A DNA stretch of 64,000 nt from the human T2T-CHM13v2.0 reference genome, Homo sapiens: NCBI RefSeq assembly GCF_009914755.1, contig NC_060937.1; one strand, given 5' to 3'. Shown piece after piece: positions 29,206-45,900 of the stretch. A program made the position numbers and the translations under genes. Within the stretch, counting starts at the first letter, position 1, and each line of letters starts with the position of its first letter. The notes below the pieces were generated by a model. That model was not told where the DNA came from. It searched no databases and saw nothing but the letters and a program-made list of their open reading frames with translations.

Positions 29206-30055
29206 CCGACTTCTAATTTATAATTTAGGTTTGAAAAATGGATCACATTTGTCTTCTCCTGCCACAGATCCCCTGTCTTAGTAAGACATCTGGTGAACTG
29301 GTTTCTTTATGGTTCCTATAGAAGTGAAGGTTTATCTTGCTTATCAATCAGCCCCTTCCTCCCAGCACCCCATCCTTTATTCCCCTCTAAGAGGTGGTCC
29401 TTCACATGAATCCCAAGCCCTTTGTTGTGCCCTACTACCCGGAAACACATTTTTTTTCCAACTATCTGCTTTATCTAGTTTCCTGAAATTTCATATTGTG
29501 CCTGATCTTGGATTGACACACTCCCTTCCGCCTGTGTGAATTTCAGGCTGCTCTGACACTCACTGTGATTGGAGCCTTTCCTGTGTCCTGCCGCCACAGT
29601 GTCTAAGGACACTATTGCCACGTAGCACCTGAGGCTACTGCTGCTGCCTGTGGCCGAGATCTGTTCTCCAGCAAGAGACCCCCCCCACCCACTAGCCATT
29701 GTCCGCCCAGTCTTCATGAAGTTAGCTTTTCCATACCAAGGTATCTGGACATGTAACAAGATCACCTGGAAGGCCTTGTTGTGTGTTGACAGGATTGTGT
29801 CGACTTCCCTGAGGAACTCTCTCCTATAATTGGAAAAGCGTGCACTGATTGTCTAATGATTTTTAATTTAGGAATTATGTATATGTTTAATCAATTACCT
29901 GTGCTAGTTAATTATGCTTTCAGAGGAGAGTAGTAATCACTTCAGTATTTAAAGTTCTCTGAGTTGAATTCATTTTGTTGGGTTCTTATTTCTCTTTTTG
30001 TCTATTCATGTTTATTAATCGAAGTCACTTGCGGTGATGCATTGCGCCTGTATCA

Positions 30056-30253
30056 CAGTGATTCTCAGCCCGTGTAGGAGGGGATGACTTTGCCCTCCAA
30101 GGAACTTTTGGCAATGTCTGGGAACATTTCTGGGTGCCACAAATGGGGGTGCTGCTGGCATCTAGTGGGTGGAGGTCAGGGATGCATGGGGCAGACCCCA
30201 CTGCAAAGAATTATACAGGCCAAAATTCCAATAGTGCAGAGGCTGGGAAACTG
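30056..30253 (+). mobile_element. MER20 (hAT-Charlie) DNA transposon
   Basis: cagtgattctca...tttggcaatgtctgggaacattt...ggcatctagtgggtggaggtcagggatgc...caatagtgcagaggctgggaaactg. Confidence 0.9.
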
Positions 30254-30834
30254 CTTTGATCATAAAGGATAATTAATCAAATCATTTGGTGCCTCATAGT
30301 AACTTCGCGTTGTTGAGGGACATGTAAAGTTTCATAAACCTACAAGTTACTCTGCATGGTTGCTCATGAATTGGTGTGTTGTGAATCGGCAGCTCTCCCC
30401 ACCTTTTCCTCATGGAAATTCAGCCAATCTCTTTGCTTCCTTGTGCACAAAATGAACTACAGCCAGTGGAATTCATCAGACACACAGGCTTAGTTATGCT
30501 CTGATTTTCAATCCCTTCCTCGTCTCCCTGCAATCCTATGAATGGCAGCCACATTCTGCTGTCTGCAGTCACCCTAGCGACTCAGTGGGCCCGTCACTGA
30601 CCCCGTATGCTTCTTCAAACCTTTTCAGTCTCTAGAAGTTTCCCTTCTCCCCTCCAATACTTATCTGCTCACTTTTGTGCTATTATCACATATCTCCTTA
30701 TTATCATTGTATCTCCTTTGGCAGGATATGCCCTCTTTTCCTAAATGAAGCTGCCACAATACTGTGCATGCCCATGTTTCATTGCAAAATTTAGTATTTA
30801 GTTTGTGTTTAAGGATCATCATTTCAATTCATAA

Positions 30835-31053
<219 letters not shown>

Positions 31054-32304
31054 TGACAAATGGAATTAAGTTATGACAAGGCATTCATTAACTTGTTACC
31101 AATAGATGCTCTGTGTGGACTGGAGAGCTCAGCTGTTCTCACCTCTGCCCTGCACTCCTTCAGCTGAATGGTCTTCTCTCTCCACCTCAGCTGACTGCAA
31201 TTTTCTGCTTGTTTCCAAAATAAAGAATAATGTCCAAAACAACTAAAACATAATAGTTTTAAATGAAATATTGTAGATTTAATTTATATTGTGGTACTTT
31301 AAAATTATTCTCGGGTGAAGATGATATTGAATCTGCTGAATGAAGTTGCTATGCATTTGACCTTGGCTAAAATAGGATGACTCTTAGTGACCACACCTGG
31401 GAATAAAATGCTTGAACCACCTGTGGTTTCATGGCATGCATCTTATCTCAGTTATGACATTCATTTCCATGTAATTCACATTCATTTAAAATATGACATA
31501 TGATGAGAACATGGTAAAATCAAAATGAGATTGCAGTCCACAAAACTGTTTGGAGGTGCATTACTGATTGCATGTAAATGTTTTATGTGTCTCTTCCTAA
31601 CAATTTCACCAAAATAAACAAGATTATCACTTCAAGAAGAAGAAAAAAAGAACCCATTTGTGCTTCTAGAAAGTGAAAGAATTTATATTATAGAATGTAC
31701 TGTTTTATTTTCCTTTTATGTTGAATTTTAAAATATACTTTAAATAATTGTCTTTAAAATATATAATGTTGCATTCAAGGTGATGCACAAACCACCCATT
31801 AGAGAGACTTTGTTATCAATATATTAACAGACTATTGCTTTAGCAACAGGATTCTCATTTTATCTAAAGTTACAGCACAATTTTTATGTCAAACATCTAC
31901 ATAAAAGTCTAAAATAACCTCAGCCAAGTATCCAGATGTTTCCACGAAATCAACTATACAGCTAATGATCAGCTTTCCTTGGAATATTTAGCATTATAGA
32001 GGCATGGCCATATTATCAGCTGAGATTTTTCTAAATAACACTGATGAGGTAGTGAGAAAAATCAATAGTTTGAATCTTAAGAATAAATCTTACAGTAGGC
32101 AATCTTCTGAAATCACTTGCACTGATATCCAGGCACTGAAATAGAAAGAAAATGCTGATTGGTTGCAATAATAGATTGTCCTAATCTTCCCTCTATTCCT
32201 TAGAGATGCATCTACTTTACCTTGTAAGCATCACAGATGCTTCCTCTGAGATCATGCACAGGGGAACCTCCTGGTCATGAACACTGGTTTGATTTTTGTA
32301 TTGG

Positions 32305-32425
32305 AGGCCTGACTCCTGTACATTACAACACAACGCTGGGCCATCTGACATCCTTTCCAGGCCTGCCCCCTGTACATTACAACACAATGCTAGGCCATCT
32401 GACATCCTTTCCAGGCCTGCCCCTG
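32305..32425. repeat. 54-bp tandem duplication (~2.2 copies)
   Basis: aggcctg starts at 32305, 32359 and 32413. Units 32315-32368 and 32369-32422 differ at 2 positions. Confidence 0.95.
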
Positions 32426-33190
32426 CAATGTGGTTCTTAGACAAAGGGAGTCATTTGAAAGACGGTGTATATAGTAGGGTGCTTTGTGACTTTTCCTCTG
32501 TGTTTGGCTAAGAATCAAAGAGAGATGAGAAAGGTCATCGGGAATCATTTTCCATTCTCAGATTTCAAAGAGGCCTTGTTTTCAAATGCAGACATCCCTG
32601 ATGAGGCAGGAACTGCCAGTCATCTTGGGGCACATTCTTTTTCTCAAGGAAACTGAAAACCATGCTTATTTTCTTCCATGCAAATTGTGGGCACTCACGT
32701 GATGAGACAGATTCCTTACTGGTGAGAAGCTGTAAGAGTTATGTGAAACTATGTGTTGAATGGCTTTCAGAATTTATTGCTCATGTGACATTTATACAAG
32801 AAGTATGGACACATGCAGGGAACCAGCTTTTTAGCTTTTCTACTAATGCAATTAAATAGAAATTCTATAAAATCCAGTCCTGGACAGATTGGGCACGTAG
32901 CAGTAAAATTAAATGGTGACCAAAAATGAAATTTCTCTTTAAGGATGTCTATATTTTCATTAGCCTCATCAGCAGTTTTAATAAACTCCCTTCAAGGAAG
33001 ATAAAATGTCTGGGCGTTATGGTAGATAAAGAAAAGAGAAAATAGAGTCAGTGATTTGCCAAAGATCATATGGAAAATTCACTGAGTCCACAGTTTGAAT
33101 GGAAATCAAGATCATATGTTCCGTTTCTGAGAATGAACTTATCATAACCCATTAAAAGAAATGCAGGAGTCATTCAACTGTTTCATAAAA

Positions 33191-33514
<324 letters not shown>

Positions 33515-33569
33515 TAAAACATAAAGAATTTTTGGTTCAAAAATAAAAGTCTTCAGTAGCCATAATGGA

Positions 33570-34006
33570 CATTTGTGATTTGGCTTTTTCCTGCCAGTCT
33601 CACATTTCAGTTTCGCACCTACCACGATGAAAATACAAGGGAAGGGACTCCCTCTTCCTCCCCTGCTTTGACAGCTGGACAAACACATGTAAGATGGGCT
33701 CAGTTAACCTACCTACGATGGATGCAGAGTGAGGGACATATAATGGAAGGGACAACAATTGACCTGGCTCCATGGGGTGACATTGGGCAGTAGTGGCTCC
33801 ATGCAGCACCAGCAGAAGAATATTAGTCGGAGAAGAACTTTGCTCAGAGCACGCCAGCCATCAGCCCCTGAATCCACCTCACCCACTCGCCAGACCTTTT
33901 TGTCGAAGTTCATGTCCTTCCTTAGCCTTCCAATGAAGCCTCTACCTGCCTGAGATGTCCAAGGTTAGTTTTCTTTGCTTAGAAATCAGAATTTTGACTA
34001 ATATAC
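33570..34006 (+). mobile_element. Old ERVL/MaLR-type LTR remnant
   Basis: Ends ttttctttgcttagaaatcagaattttgactaatataca, like MLT1/LTR16/LTR33 termini. Confidence 0.45.
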
Positions 34007-35978
34007 ACATTTAATTTTATTGTTACTATCTATAAAGTTTTACATCCAAACAAGTATTTTTTTCACTAAGTGTACAAACTCTTCATTTGTTCTCAAAATA
34101 GATGCAAAACATTTTCTGATAGGGCTGGAGCCTTAATATACGGTGGTTGTTTATGTAAAAAAAATATAGAAAATATAGTTGATGTTGTACTGCATTATAA
34201 CTTTATTAATTTGAAAACTATAATGGCTTTATATAAAAGTAGTGAAAATTAATTTTACATAAAATGTTTGAAACTAGCAAAAGCTGGGACATTTGCTGCG
34301 CTGTGCATGGGGCTGTGTTCCTTTGCACTTCCCAAGCACTGGGCATGAATAAAACCGGCTGTGAGATACGACATCATGGAATTCCACACACTGGCCCTTG
34401 AGGGAGCTTTGTGGCAGTTCCCAGGACTCAAATCTAGAATTTCGTAGGTTATAGTATTTTATAGTAGCTTTGGAATTAAACAGCATTTATGAAAAGAATA
34501 TGACATTTATCTACTTACCATTTTATGAGATTTTACTTTTTTTAAAAGTTTATGCTATTTGGCGTGATGCAATCCTTTAGAAGTAACTCGGTGGTGAGAA
34601 GCTAAGCGGCGGTGGGGGGGAATGCTGACAGCATCAGCCAGCCAAGAATGACTTCTTCGCATTTTTTGCCATGATGGCAATCCTCTGCCGACTCAGAGGG
34701 CCAGGTAACCTGACACAGGAAGCCCACGATTTATAAATAGAGCAAAAGCATGAAAGTCACAGGGAGGTGGGAGGATGGCCTGAAGGCAGAATGATGGCAG
34801 AAGGGGACGCAGAAACAAAAATGCTTGGTACTTGCCCTTGGCATAAAAATTTCTAGTTACACATCTGTTTAGGGGTCCACACTTGACATTGAGAAATGAG
34901 CTGTTTAATTGTTTCATTAAGCATAGGCTATCTCTATTTATGTTACTATTTTAACTCTACCACCTTTTCTTCATGCCTTATTCTTCTTCTCAGCAGTCTG
35001 CTCTCCACAGTAATATCATGTGCTTTATGTTCTTTTATTTTCATTATGGGCATTTATCATATTTCTTGCCAAGTTTTTAAAAATATTCTTTTGTTTTTGT
35101 AAAGAACATAAAAAGTTATTATGCATATTGATCATATTCAGGTATTCATCGTAAGAAACCATTCATGGTCTTTGATAAACTAATGGCAATCTGGGACCCA
35201 AGATCTTAATAAATATCCAGCTCACTCCTGCCATAGCTGCCGATGAAAGCCATAATAAGATCAATATGCAATTGATTCACATCAAAAAGCAAATTGTTAT
35301 GTGGTTTGCTTTACTGAATGATCAAATAAACCTTTTTGTAATGTCATATAGCAACAAAGTTAAGAGTTGCAGAGCACTAAATAAATCCAATGCCTTCTTT
35401 CTATATTCATTGTATTTGTTATATAGACTGAAATATATTATAGCATGGAATTAAAACAAATTGTGTGTTAGATAAAATAATGAAATGTGGAAATATTTAG
35501 TTTAATCATTAAACGATAATTCTAAAGATATGTCAGGGAACGTAAGTAAGATAACCCTTTCAAAAGGAAACATATATAAATATATATTTTATATAACCAT
35601 ATATGAGCTACAAAGAGAAGGAGATCTAGCACACAAAGCTCTTTCACACAGCCAAGGTTCAGGGAATCCGTACTCACCACTCGTGACTTACAGATTATGT
35701 GCAAAAAATGAAGGTAGTAAATTAAGTTGATGTGTGAAATGGCAGCATTTTCAACAGGGAAAGGTCATGTCCAGTAGAGATAAATAGAAATTTAGAAAAT
35801 AAAAAACAAAAACATATCCTATATTTTGTATTTTTCCATCATAAAATTGCACTGTATTTATTAATGCAACATAAGTGTATATAAATGCACAGTTTTTTCT
35901 GATTAAGACACTATTTATTATCAGTGAGGAGGATTTAATTGCCATAAATTTTGAGAAAATAAGAAGTCAGAGTAGTGA

Positions 35979-36459
<481 letters not shown>

Positions 36460-37377
36460 GTGACTACATTTTTAAAGAGGAAAAAGTCTTGTGATATTTC
36501 TGCAAGCTCACCTTCTAGATGGGAAACCTGCAGTTAGCAATATTATTGTATAGTGGAGGAGTAACAAAGTAATTAGAAACATTTGGCTAACTATAAATTC
36601 TAGGTAACAACAATTTCAATATTAATTTAATTGGTTTTTAAAGTGAAGAAAATAAGAAAAGAACTAGATAAGAATCCCAGATTCATCATTCATCATGTAA
36701 GTGCACAAAAAGGTAATTTTGGGGGTCAATTAGAGAAAATATATGTAACATGCCTAGCATGACGCTGCCTGGAATACTGTAGGTGCTTAAAAAAAAGAAA
36801 GCTAAAAGCTTACTTGCTCTTGTTATTATGATATTCCTTTCTTTGCAGGGTCAATATTCTGAAAACCAGTTCTGATTTTAACATTGTAGATGCTATCCAA
36901 AATATGGAGGAGATTAGATTGGATCAAGAGAACCCAATATTTTTCTGGGATTTTGGTCAAATCTATTATATGTGTGATTTTTAAAATATGATTTATTATG
37001 GAATAGTATAAACTTAAAAAACAGTGATTAATGAAACATCACCTTTAATAAGTCTTAACATTTTGCATTATTTACTTTAGAGCTACATTTTTGGAAAAAC
37101 ATGTATCCTAGCTCTCAATCTCATCCCTGCCTACCACACCAGAAGTGAATCATCACAATGAAGTTTGCACGTAGCCCTTCATCCATGTTTGCACCTTTAC
37201 TGAGCATAGGTGTACTCATAAATCATATAATATTCACAAGTAATAACCAATGCTATTCATGCTTTCAAAGTGTAAAAAAAAATCTCACTTTCTACAGATT
37301 ATTCTGCAAACAGCTTCTTGTTTTTGCTGTGGTGGGACTTTTTTTTCCATTTTGATACATGCATCTCCCACTTGTTA

Positions 37378-37573
<196 letters not shown>

Positions 37574-37998
37574 CAACTTTAGGGCTGAGGTATCGATACA
37601 ATAAGAAACTATTGATGACCGACACATACTTAGTGCAAAATTATACTCATATTCCTTCAACAAGCATGGCAGGGAGCAAGCTCAGGAGGAGAGGAAAGCA
37701 TTAGGGACTGAAGGGCAGGTGTCACACGACCTGCTGCTGCTGGCCCTAGGGTGCTGTGGTGCCTCAGGGGGACAGATGAGCACAAGGCAGATGGTGTTTT
37801 CCTCTGGTCTGTTGTGTTGTGGTCCACAGAAAACCTAATTCAGTGATCTCCATGAAAGGTGCAGGGAGATCGATGATGCTCTGTGCTCAGTGCCAACATG
37901 CAGGTCATATTGTAGTTTACAACTTCACTAGAGGGCTAGAAGTTACAGCACCCAAGGAAGTGAGCATACATTCTGGCCAGTGCCTCTATAAGCTTTTC

Positions 37999-38032
37999 AA
38001 CACACACACACACACACACACAAACACACACA
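37999..38032. repeat. (CA)n microsatellite
   Basis: Read directly. Confidence 0.9.
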
Positions 38033-39903
38033 ATCATATTGCTTTTTAGGTGCAAACATGCCTCCTTCATTGGAAACTTTTCTGAGAAACAAGTTCCATA
38101 TAAATGTGGTCATGGCATTTCTTAAGAACATGTTTACAGTTTGACCAAAGTGAGTGGAAAACTTACATCAAAATCATTTCCAAGTTATCAATGTTACAAG
38201 CCATGCTACAATTAACATCACTGAAAATGCCTCTAACTTACAACTGGGGGAAACAAAAAAATTGCCCAAGATTCACCTAGAAATGGAAGTGCTAAGTTTC
38301 TGCTCATGGACATTTTCAACTGTAGTGGTTACTACCAAATTACTCCCCTAAAAGGTTAAACCAATGTATGTACTTCTAAAAGGGAGTAAAGTTTTCCATC
38401 TCTCCTGGTAAACACTTGGTTTAATTATTCATTTAATTTTTGCCAATATGATAAATGTAAAATGGATCTTATTGTGGTTTTATTTTATTTCCTGGTTGCC
38501 AAGCAGTATTTTCACATATTCTCAGACTTGTTAATCCAAATACATCCTTTTCTTATTTCCCAACTTGTTTGCATGATTTTCTTGATGATGTTAGGAATTT
38601 TCCACATATTCTGGATAATATTCCTTGCCAGTTTCATGCATGGCAAACATTTTGCTTATTGTGTTTTCTTGGTCGGTTTAGCTAGAAGTCTATCAATTCT
38701 ATTGATTTTTTTAAAGTAGCTTTTGATTTCATTGATTTTCTCTATTGTTTTACTGTTTTATTGATTCCTGTTGTTTTTTATTTTCTTTTCTTTTGCTTGC
38801 TTTGGGCTTAATTTTCTCTATTTCTGCTTTCTTAAATAGGTAGCATAGATCACTGACTTGAAGTGTTTCTTTTCTTCCTAATAAAAGCATTTAATAGAGT
38901 TGTAAATTTCCATCTCAACACTGTAATAGCTGCATCCCACAAATCTTAATTTGTTTTGTTTCCATTTTCATTCAGTTCAAAATATTTTCTAATTTCCCAT
39001 GGGACTTTCTCTTTGGCTAATACTGATGCTTTCCAAGTATTTGGGGTTTTCCAGGTACCTTTCTGCTGCTGAATTCTAGTTTAATTCCCCTATGATCTGA
39101 GGGTATGTCTTGTATGATTTCAGTTCTCTTAAATGTACTAAAATGTTTTTATGGCCCAGGATATGACCTGTCTGGCTGAAATTTCCTTGGGCACTTCAAC
39201 AAAAATATGTATTCTGCTTCCATTGGGTGGAGTCTTCTGGAAGTGTGGATTAGGTCTGGTTGGTTACTTGTGTCCACATCCATGTCTCTGCTGGCTTTCT
39301 GTGTTCATTTTTCATCTATTCCTGAGAGAAGAGCACAGAAGTCTCCAACTATACTGTGGCTTTGTCCACACCTTTCGGTTTCATCAGTTTTTGCCTCATG
39401 CATTTGGAAGCTATATTTGAGATACAAAGACTTTTAAAATTATTGCATCTTTTTTGGTGAAGATCTATTCATCATTATACAATTTCATTTTTTATTTGTA
39501 TTTCTTTGTCTTAAGTCTACTTTGTCTGAAATTAATATAGCCACTCCATTATTTTGTTCATTGTCTGCAAGGTATATTTTTTCATCCTTTACTTTTTAAA
39601 AATAGCTTTATCAAGATATAATTCACATACCACACAACCCGTGCCTTTAAGTTATGAAAATTCAGTGTTTCTTCGTAACTTCTTAATGTTGTGCAACTAT
39701 CTCTACAATGTAATTTTAGAACTTTTTGCCTCCTCCCCACAAAAAATTCACCCCTTCACTTTAATGTATTCATCTTTCTATATTTGACATGAGATTTCTG
39801 TAGGCAACATAGCAGATGAGTCTTATTTATTTTTATCCAATCTGACAACCTTTCATGAGACCATTTCTATTAATGTAATTATTGATATGGTTAGATTTAG
39901 GTA

Positions 39904-40766
<863 letters not shown>

Positions 40767-42327
40767 AGGTATATTAGTTTTATTACGTGTTTTTCTGATT
40801 GTCCCTGCTGTTTTCATTCTTCTGTTTCCTTATGATGACTTCTTTCAGATTATTTGGATATTTTTAAAATTCCATTTTACATTACCTATTGGTAAATTAA
40901 AATTGTAATATATGAACATCTAATTTCAGTCTACCCTGGTCAACCGTCTTGGTCCCTTCACCCTCTATCACCCATCTTTACTTAGCAGTTGAACCATGTG
41001 CTACATCTGTGTACATTGAAACCCCCCAGGCCATGTTGTAACTTCTTCTTTCAACAGTCATACAGGGAAAAAATAGTGGGGAAAAAAAATCGTCTTTTAT
41101 GCTAACTCAATATTTACAATTTCTGTTGCTCTCCTTCATTTCTGAAGTTCTGAGTTTCCTTCTGGTATCATTTTACGTCAGCTTAAAGATCTCCATTTAG
41201 CATTTCATTTAGAGTAGGCCCAAGAAATCTTAGTTTTCTTTACCTGAGCATGCCATTATTCTGCCTTCATTCTCTACGTTTTGATTCCCTACCACGATTT
41301 GTGTTTTGTTGTTGTTTTTTTTTTCAACTTTCCCAATTCCTCAGATAGATGTTTTGTATTTTATACAAAGTTTTAGTTGTAATCAGTGAGAGAATTAGAC
41401 TATAGTAGGCTTACCCGTTTATGTGTTTATCCCACGTAAAGTTTTAATGTTATTATAGTCAAATTGATTAATCCTTACCTTTAGGGTTTGTACTTTTGTT
41501 GTTCTGTTTAAGAAAATCTTTCTACATTTTTAAGGAAAAAAAAATTATTTTACTGATATCTGCCATAAAGATATTATCCTATTATATTTTTGTAAAGTTT
41601 AGGTTTGTTTTTTACATTTAGGGATTTAAGCTACCTGGACTTTGTTTTTGAGAATGGTGTGAGTTAGCAATGTAATTTTACATTTTTTCTGTACGGATAA
41701 CAATTGTTCCACACTTTTTGCAACATAGGCCATGCTTCTGCTTCCTCCTAACACTGAGTATGTCACCTCAGTGACATATAATCAGTCAGTGTAATATAAT
41801 CATTTGTGTGTGTGTGTATGTGCGCCTTGATAGACCTGTGAGCTTATAGAGAGTGCATTAAATGCATCTTAATCACTTTTGAATTCCAAACACAAAGCAC
41901 AATAATTTGTCAGCTCAGTGTAATTGTTAACCAGTAGCAGCCCCAGAAGAATTAAGAGAAGCTGACTGATATATTATTCCCTAACTTTATTAGATATTTT
42001 AAATTTAATCCCATGTTAAAAATGTATCAATAAACTTGTTAATTAGGATCACAGGCAGTTGTTTCACTGGTTGGAGGAAATTAAAGTGAAGTCACATTTT
42101 ATTCAGTGATTGGCTTCTAAAATTATGTAATTTGAAAGTGACATATGATGAAAACCACTCTGGAACATCCTTACATTACCTATCAAGAATAATATGCAAG
42201 GTTTGTAACTCCATTCAATTATATGCATCCATGTATAAGCAATGCATAAAGCAACTTAAAGCATATAATAATATATATTTAGCATTTTGAGTTCCGAGTG
42301 AGTGGATTGCATAAAATTGAATTTTCA

Positions 42328-43069
<742 letters not shown>

Positions 43070-43878
43070 TTACTCTACTTGTCACTAGATGTTCAGGTGG
43101 GGTTGAAATTACTATAAGTGTTAATTCTAGGAAAGGGATACTTTCCAGTTATGAACTACGGCAAGAGGCTAAATATAAAATACCAATTATGACTATATCA
43201 TATTACAACCTTCTTTAAAATCATTTTACTCGGTTTGGAAACTTTAATCTGTTCAGAGTATAAGTAAAGGTTAAATGTTTGCCTTTTTTTGTAAGTGGAA
43301 AATATTAGACATATAGTTCTGTTTCTGCTCAAGATATCAGAGAGTTGGAGAGAGACTCCAGGGAATCTGGACCCCATATTTCTGATAATTTTGAAAGCGA
43401 AATTCAGGCTAAAATAATAGAAGGATTTCCATTATGCTGAAATAGAGTCAGCTAACACTGATGAAGGTATGTATTTTATGTCCTCAGCAGACCTAGTAGA
43501 CCTGATTTTTCTCTGATTTTTATGATTGCATTATTATTTGAAACTGTCATTTTGTATTTCTGACTCTGTTTCTAAAACAGATGAGCTGTGATATTGGAAA
43601 GAAGTGTCATGCAGTCAATGATATAAAAAGCCTAGGTTTTGAAGCCCAAGTGGATTTAAATTAATTTTATACACTTGCAGGTGATTTTTACTATCTGTTT
43701 CTGGAAAGGACTATTAATTTAAAATATTTGCTTTTATATTTTGCCTACTTTAGCAGGGTCTTGCCTCTTTTCCCTCCTAATCCTTCCTGACATCTGTTTT
43801 TCTTTTCTCTAGCATTTGTACCCACATTATTTGTTCTGACATTATCTTAAGGGCACTGTAATTGAGCCCAGAGTCACA

Positions 43879-44265
43879 GTGGCAGATGCTGTGCCTGCCA
43901 AATTCATGCCTTCTTTTTCTTAATCACAAAGCTAAACTATGTGTCCCAGTATCCCTTGTGGTTAGGGGTAGTCATCTGACTGAAACTAGCCAATGGAATG
44001 AGAACCATTGTGAGGGGCACCACTTACAAGCATAGCCCATGCAACCCAACCTTGACTATCTTCTATGACCTTTCTCAACCCAAAGCTGGATACAGAATCC
44101 TCCAAGACTCAGAATCCTCCAAGACTCAGGTTTACTTATGGTGACATGAAAGGTCATCCACTCATCAGATTCTGGCCTCAATATGAGCAAGAAATATCCT
44201 TCTTTTGTGCAAAGCCACTGATATTTATGATTTATCTGTTATGACATCCTGGGTAACCTAACTGG
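43879..44265 (+). mobile_element. MLT1I/J-type MaLR LTR with internal 17-bp duplication (44093-44126)
   Basis: cccagtatcccttgtggttagg...ctagccaatggaatgagaa...aagccactgatattt; cagaatcctccaagact occurs twice. Confidence 0.7.
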
Positions 44266-44493
44266 GACCTCTTCATCATTTATTTGCTTAATATTTTATT
44301 GTTGCTGTTAGGCATTAACATTTATAGCACCTAAGTTTAGCTTCCATTATTCAATAATCTTTACTCTTTAAGATAGCCAAAATCATGCCTCTTCATGTCT
44401 TCCAATGACAGAATTGTAGGAATATTGCTAATAAGAAGCTATAGTACAAAATAATGATCAGTTGGTGCTCCACCAAGCCACACTTCATACATA

Positions 44494-44545
44494 CTCTCTC
44501 TCTCTCTCTCCCTCTCTCTTTCTCTCTCTCTCTCACACACACACA
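44494..44545. repeat. (CT)n-(CA)n compound microsatellite
   Basis: Read directly. Confidence 0.9.
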
Positions 44546-45729
44546 GTGTATAGAGAATAGTGTATATAAAGTTTGTAACTCCTAAAAATTCTTTAAAAAT
44601 AAATGAACTTAATTTTGCTGAAGGAAAAGTCAATTCCCTGTAATAAATTGGGCACCCTGAGAAATAGAAATATTTTAATAGGTTCAGCATTTTCTGAGTG
44701 CATTTATTAATGATACAGAAGTGCCTCTCTTACCTCCAGTTCTCAAGTGGGTGACTCTAACAGGTCACTGCATTTTGGAGTTGCTAATGGATCCCATTGA
44801 TTTGCTAATCTGTGCCCCTTTCCAATTATAGCTGATGTTTTAAAATCTAGTTGGATTGGGTTCTGTTACAATCCAGCTTCTTAAAATTATTTTCTTCATT
44901 CATATTTGATTCTATTTAATACTGTTACACACGATTAAATAACATGATTATTTCTGGAAAAAAAAATTTGAGAAATTACTAAATTAATAGTTAAACTGTG
45001 TCCTGCAAAACAATGTAAATTAAGACACTGGCTAATGTAACAGGTTGGGGGAAGTATCCTTCTACTTGAGTCCTCTCTCCTCTGAAGGCTATGTGTGCCA
45101 TGCTACCATGATTTTGACGCTTGTTTTCCTCACCTTTATTCCTAGGCCTTACCTCCTTTCCTAGTTATTCACGACTCTATTGTTACTCCAAAGCCAACTG
45201 TCAAATCCTATACCCGTATCTCACAGAGCTTTTCTCTCTCTTGGTTTTATAATAATTATATACATGTAAGCAAAATATGAATACCATTTGTTATACCACT
45301 CAACTCAATTAGCCTTTCTTCTTGTTGTGTCCTAGTCATCCTTTCAATCCAGATCAAATCACATATCCCAGTGGCCATACTGCCTTTAAATGTGTTGTTT
45401 CTCTTCTGTATTCCAACAGCAGTAATCACATGCATAAGTTATTAATCAATTAATGCTATCCTGCCTCGTGAAATTTTTGTACTTGTGTCTTGTCTAAGCA
45501 TCTTTATTCATATAATTTTTATGCACTTATGTCTTGTTGCCCAATTTGAATGAAAGCCCCTCGATGGAGGTGGTCAGATTGTGTGCATCTGGCTTAGTCC
45601 TATAGAACCCACCACAGTTCCTTGCATTTTCATAAACATATGAAGCACATTTATTAATTGATTGACACGGAAAACTTTTTTGGAAGGCAATGTAATTAAT
45701 ACATATAAAAACTGACTAAACTCAATTGT

Positions 45730-45900
45730 ACCTGAAATGGCATTTTGACTCTACCACTTTCTAGCCAAGTGACTTTAGGCTTGAAAGGTGACTTTCTGCA
45801 TCTGTGAAATGAAGATAATGATATTGAACCTGCATATTTCACACGGTTGTGAGTGTCGACTAGAGTACTAACGTGAAAATGCTTTAAGGATATAAATGAT
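45730..45900 (+). mobile_element. MIR SINE (preceded by an L2 3' relic at ~45300-45665)
   Basis: ctctaccactttctagccaagtgactttaggc...catctgtgaaatgaagataat...cacggttgtgag. Confidence 0.7.
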
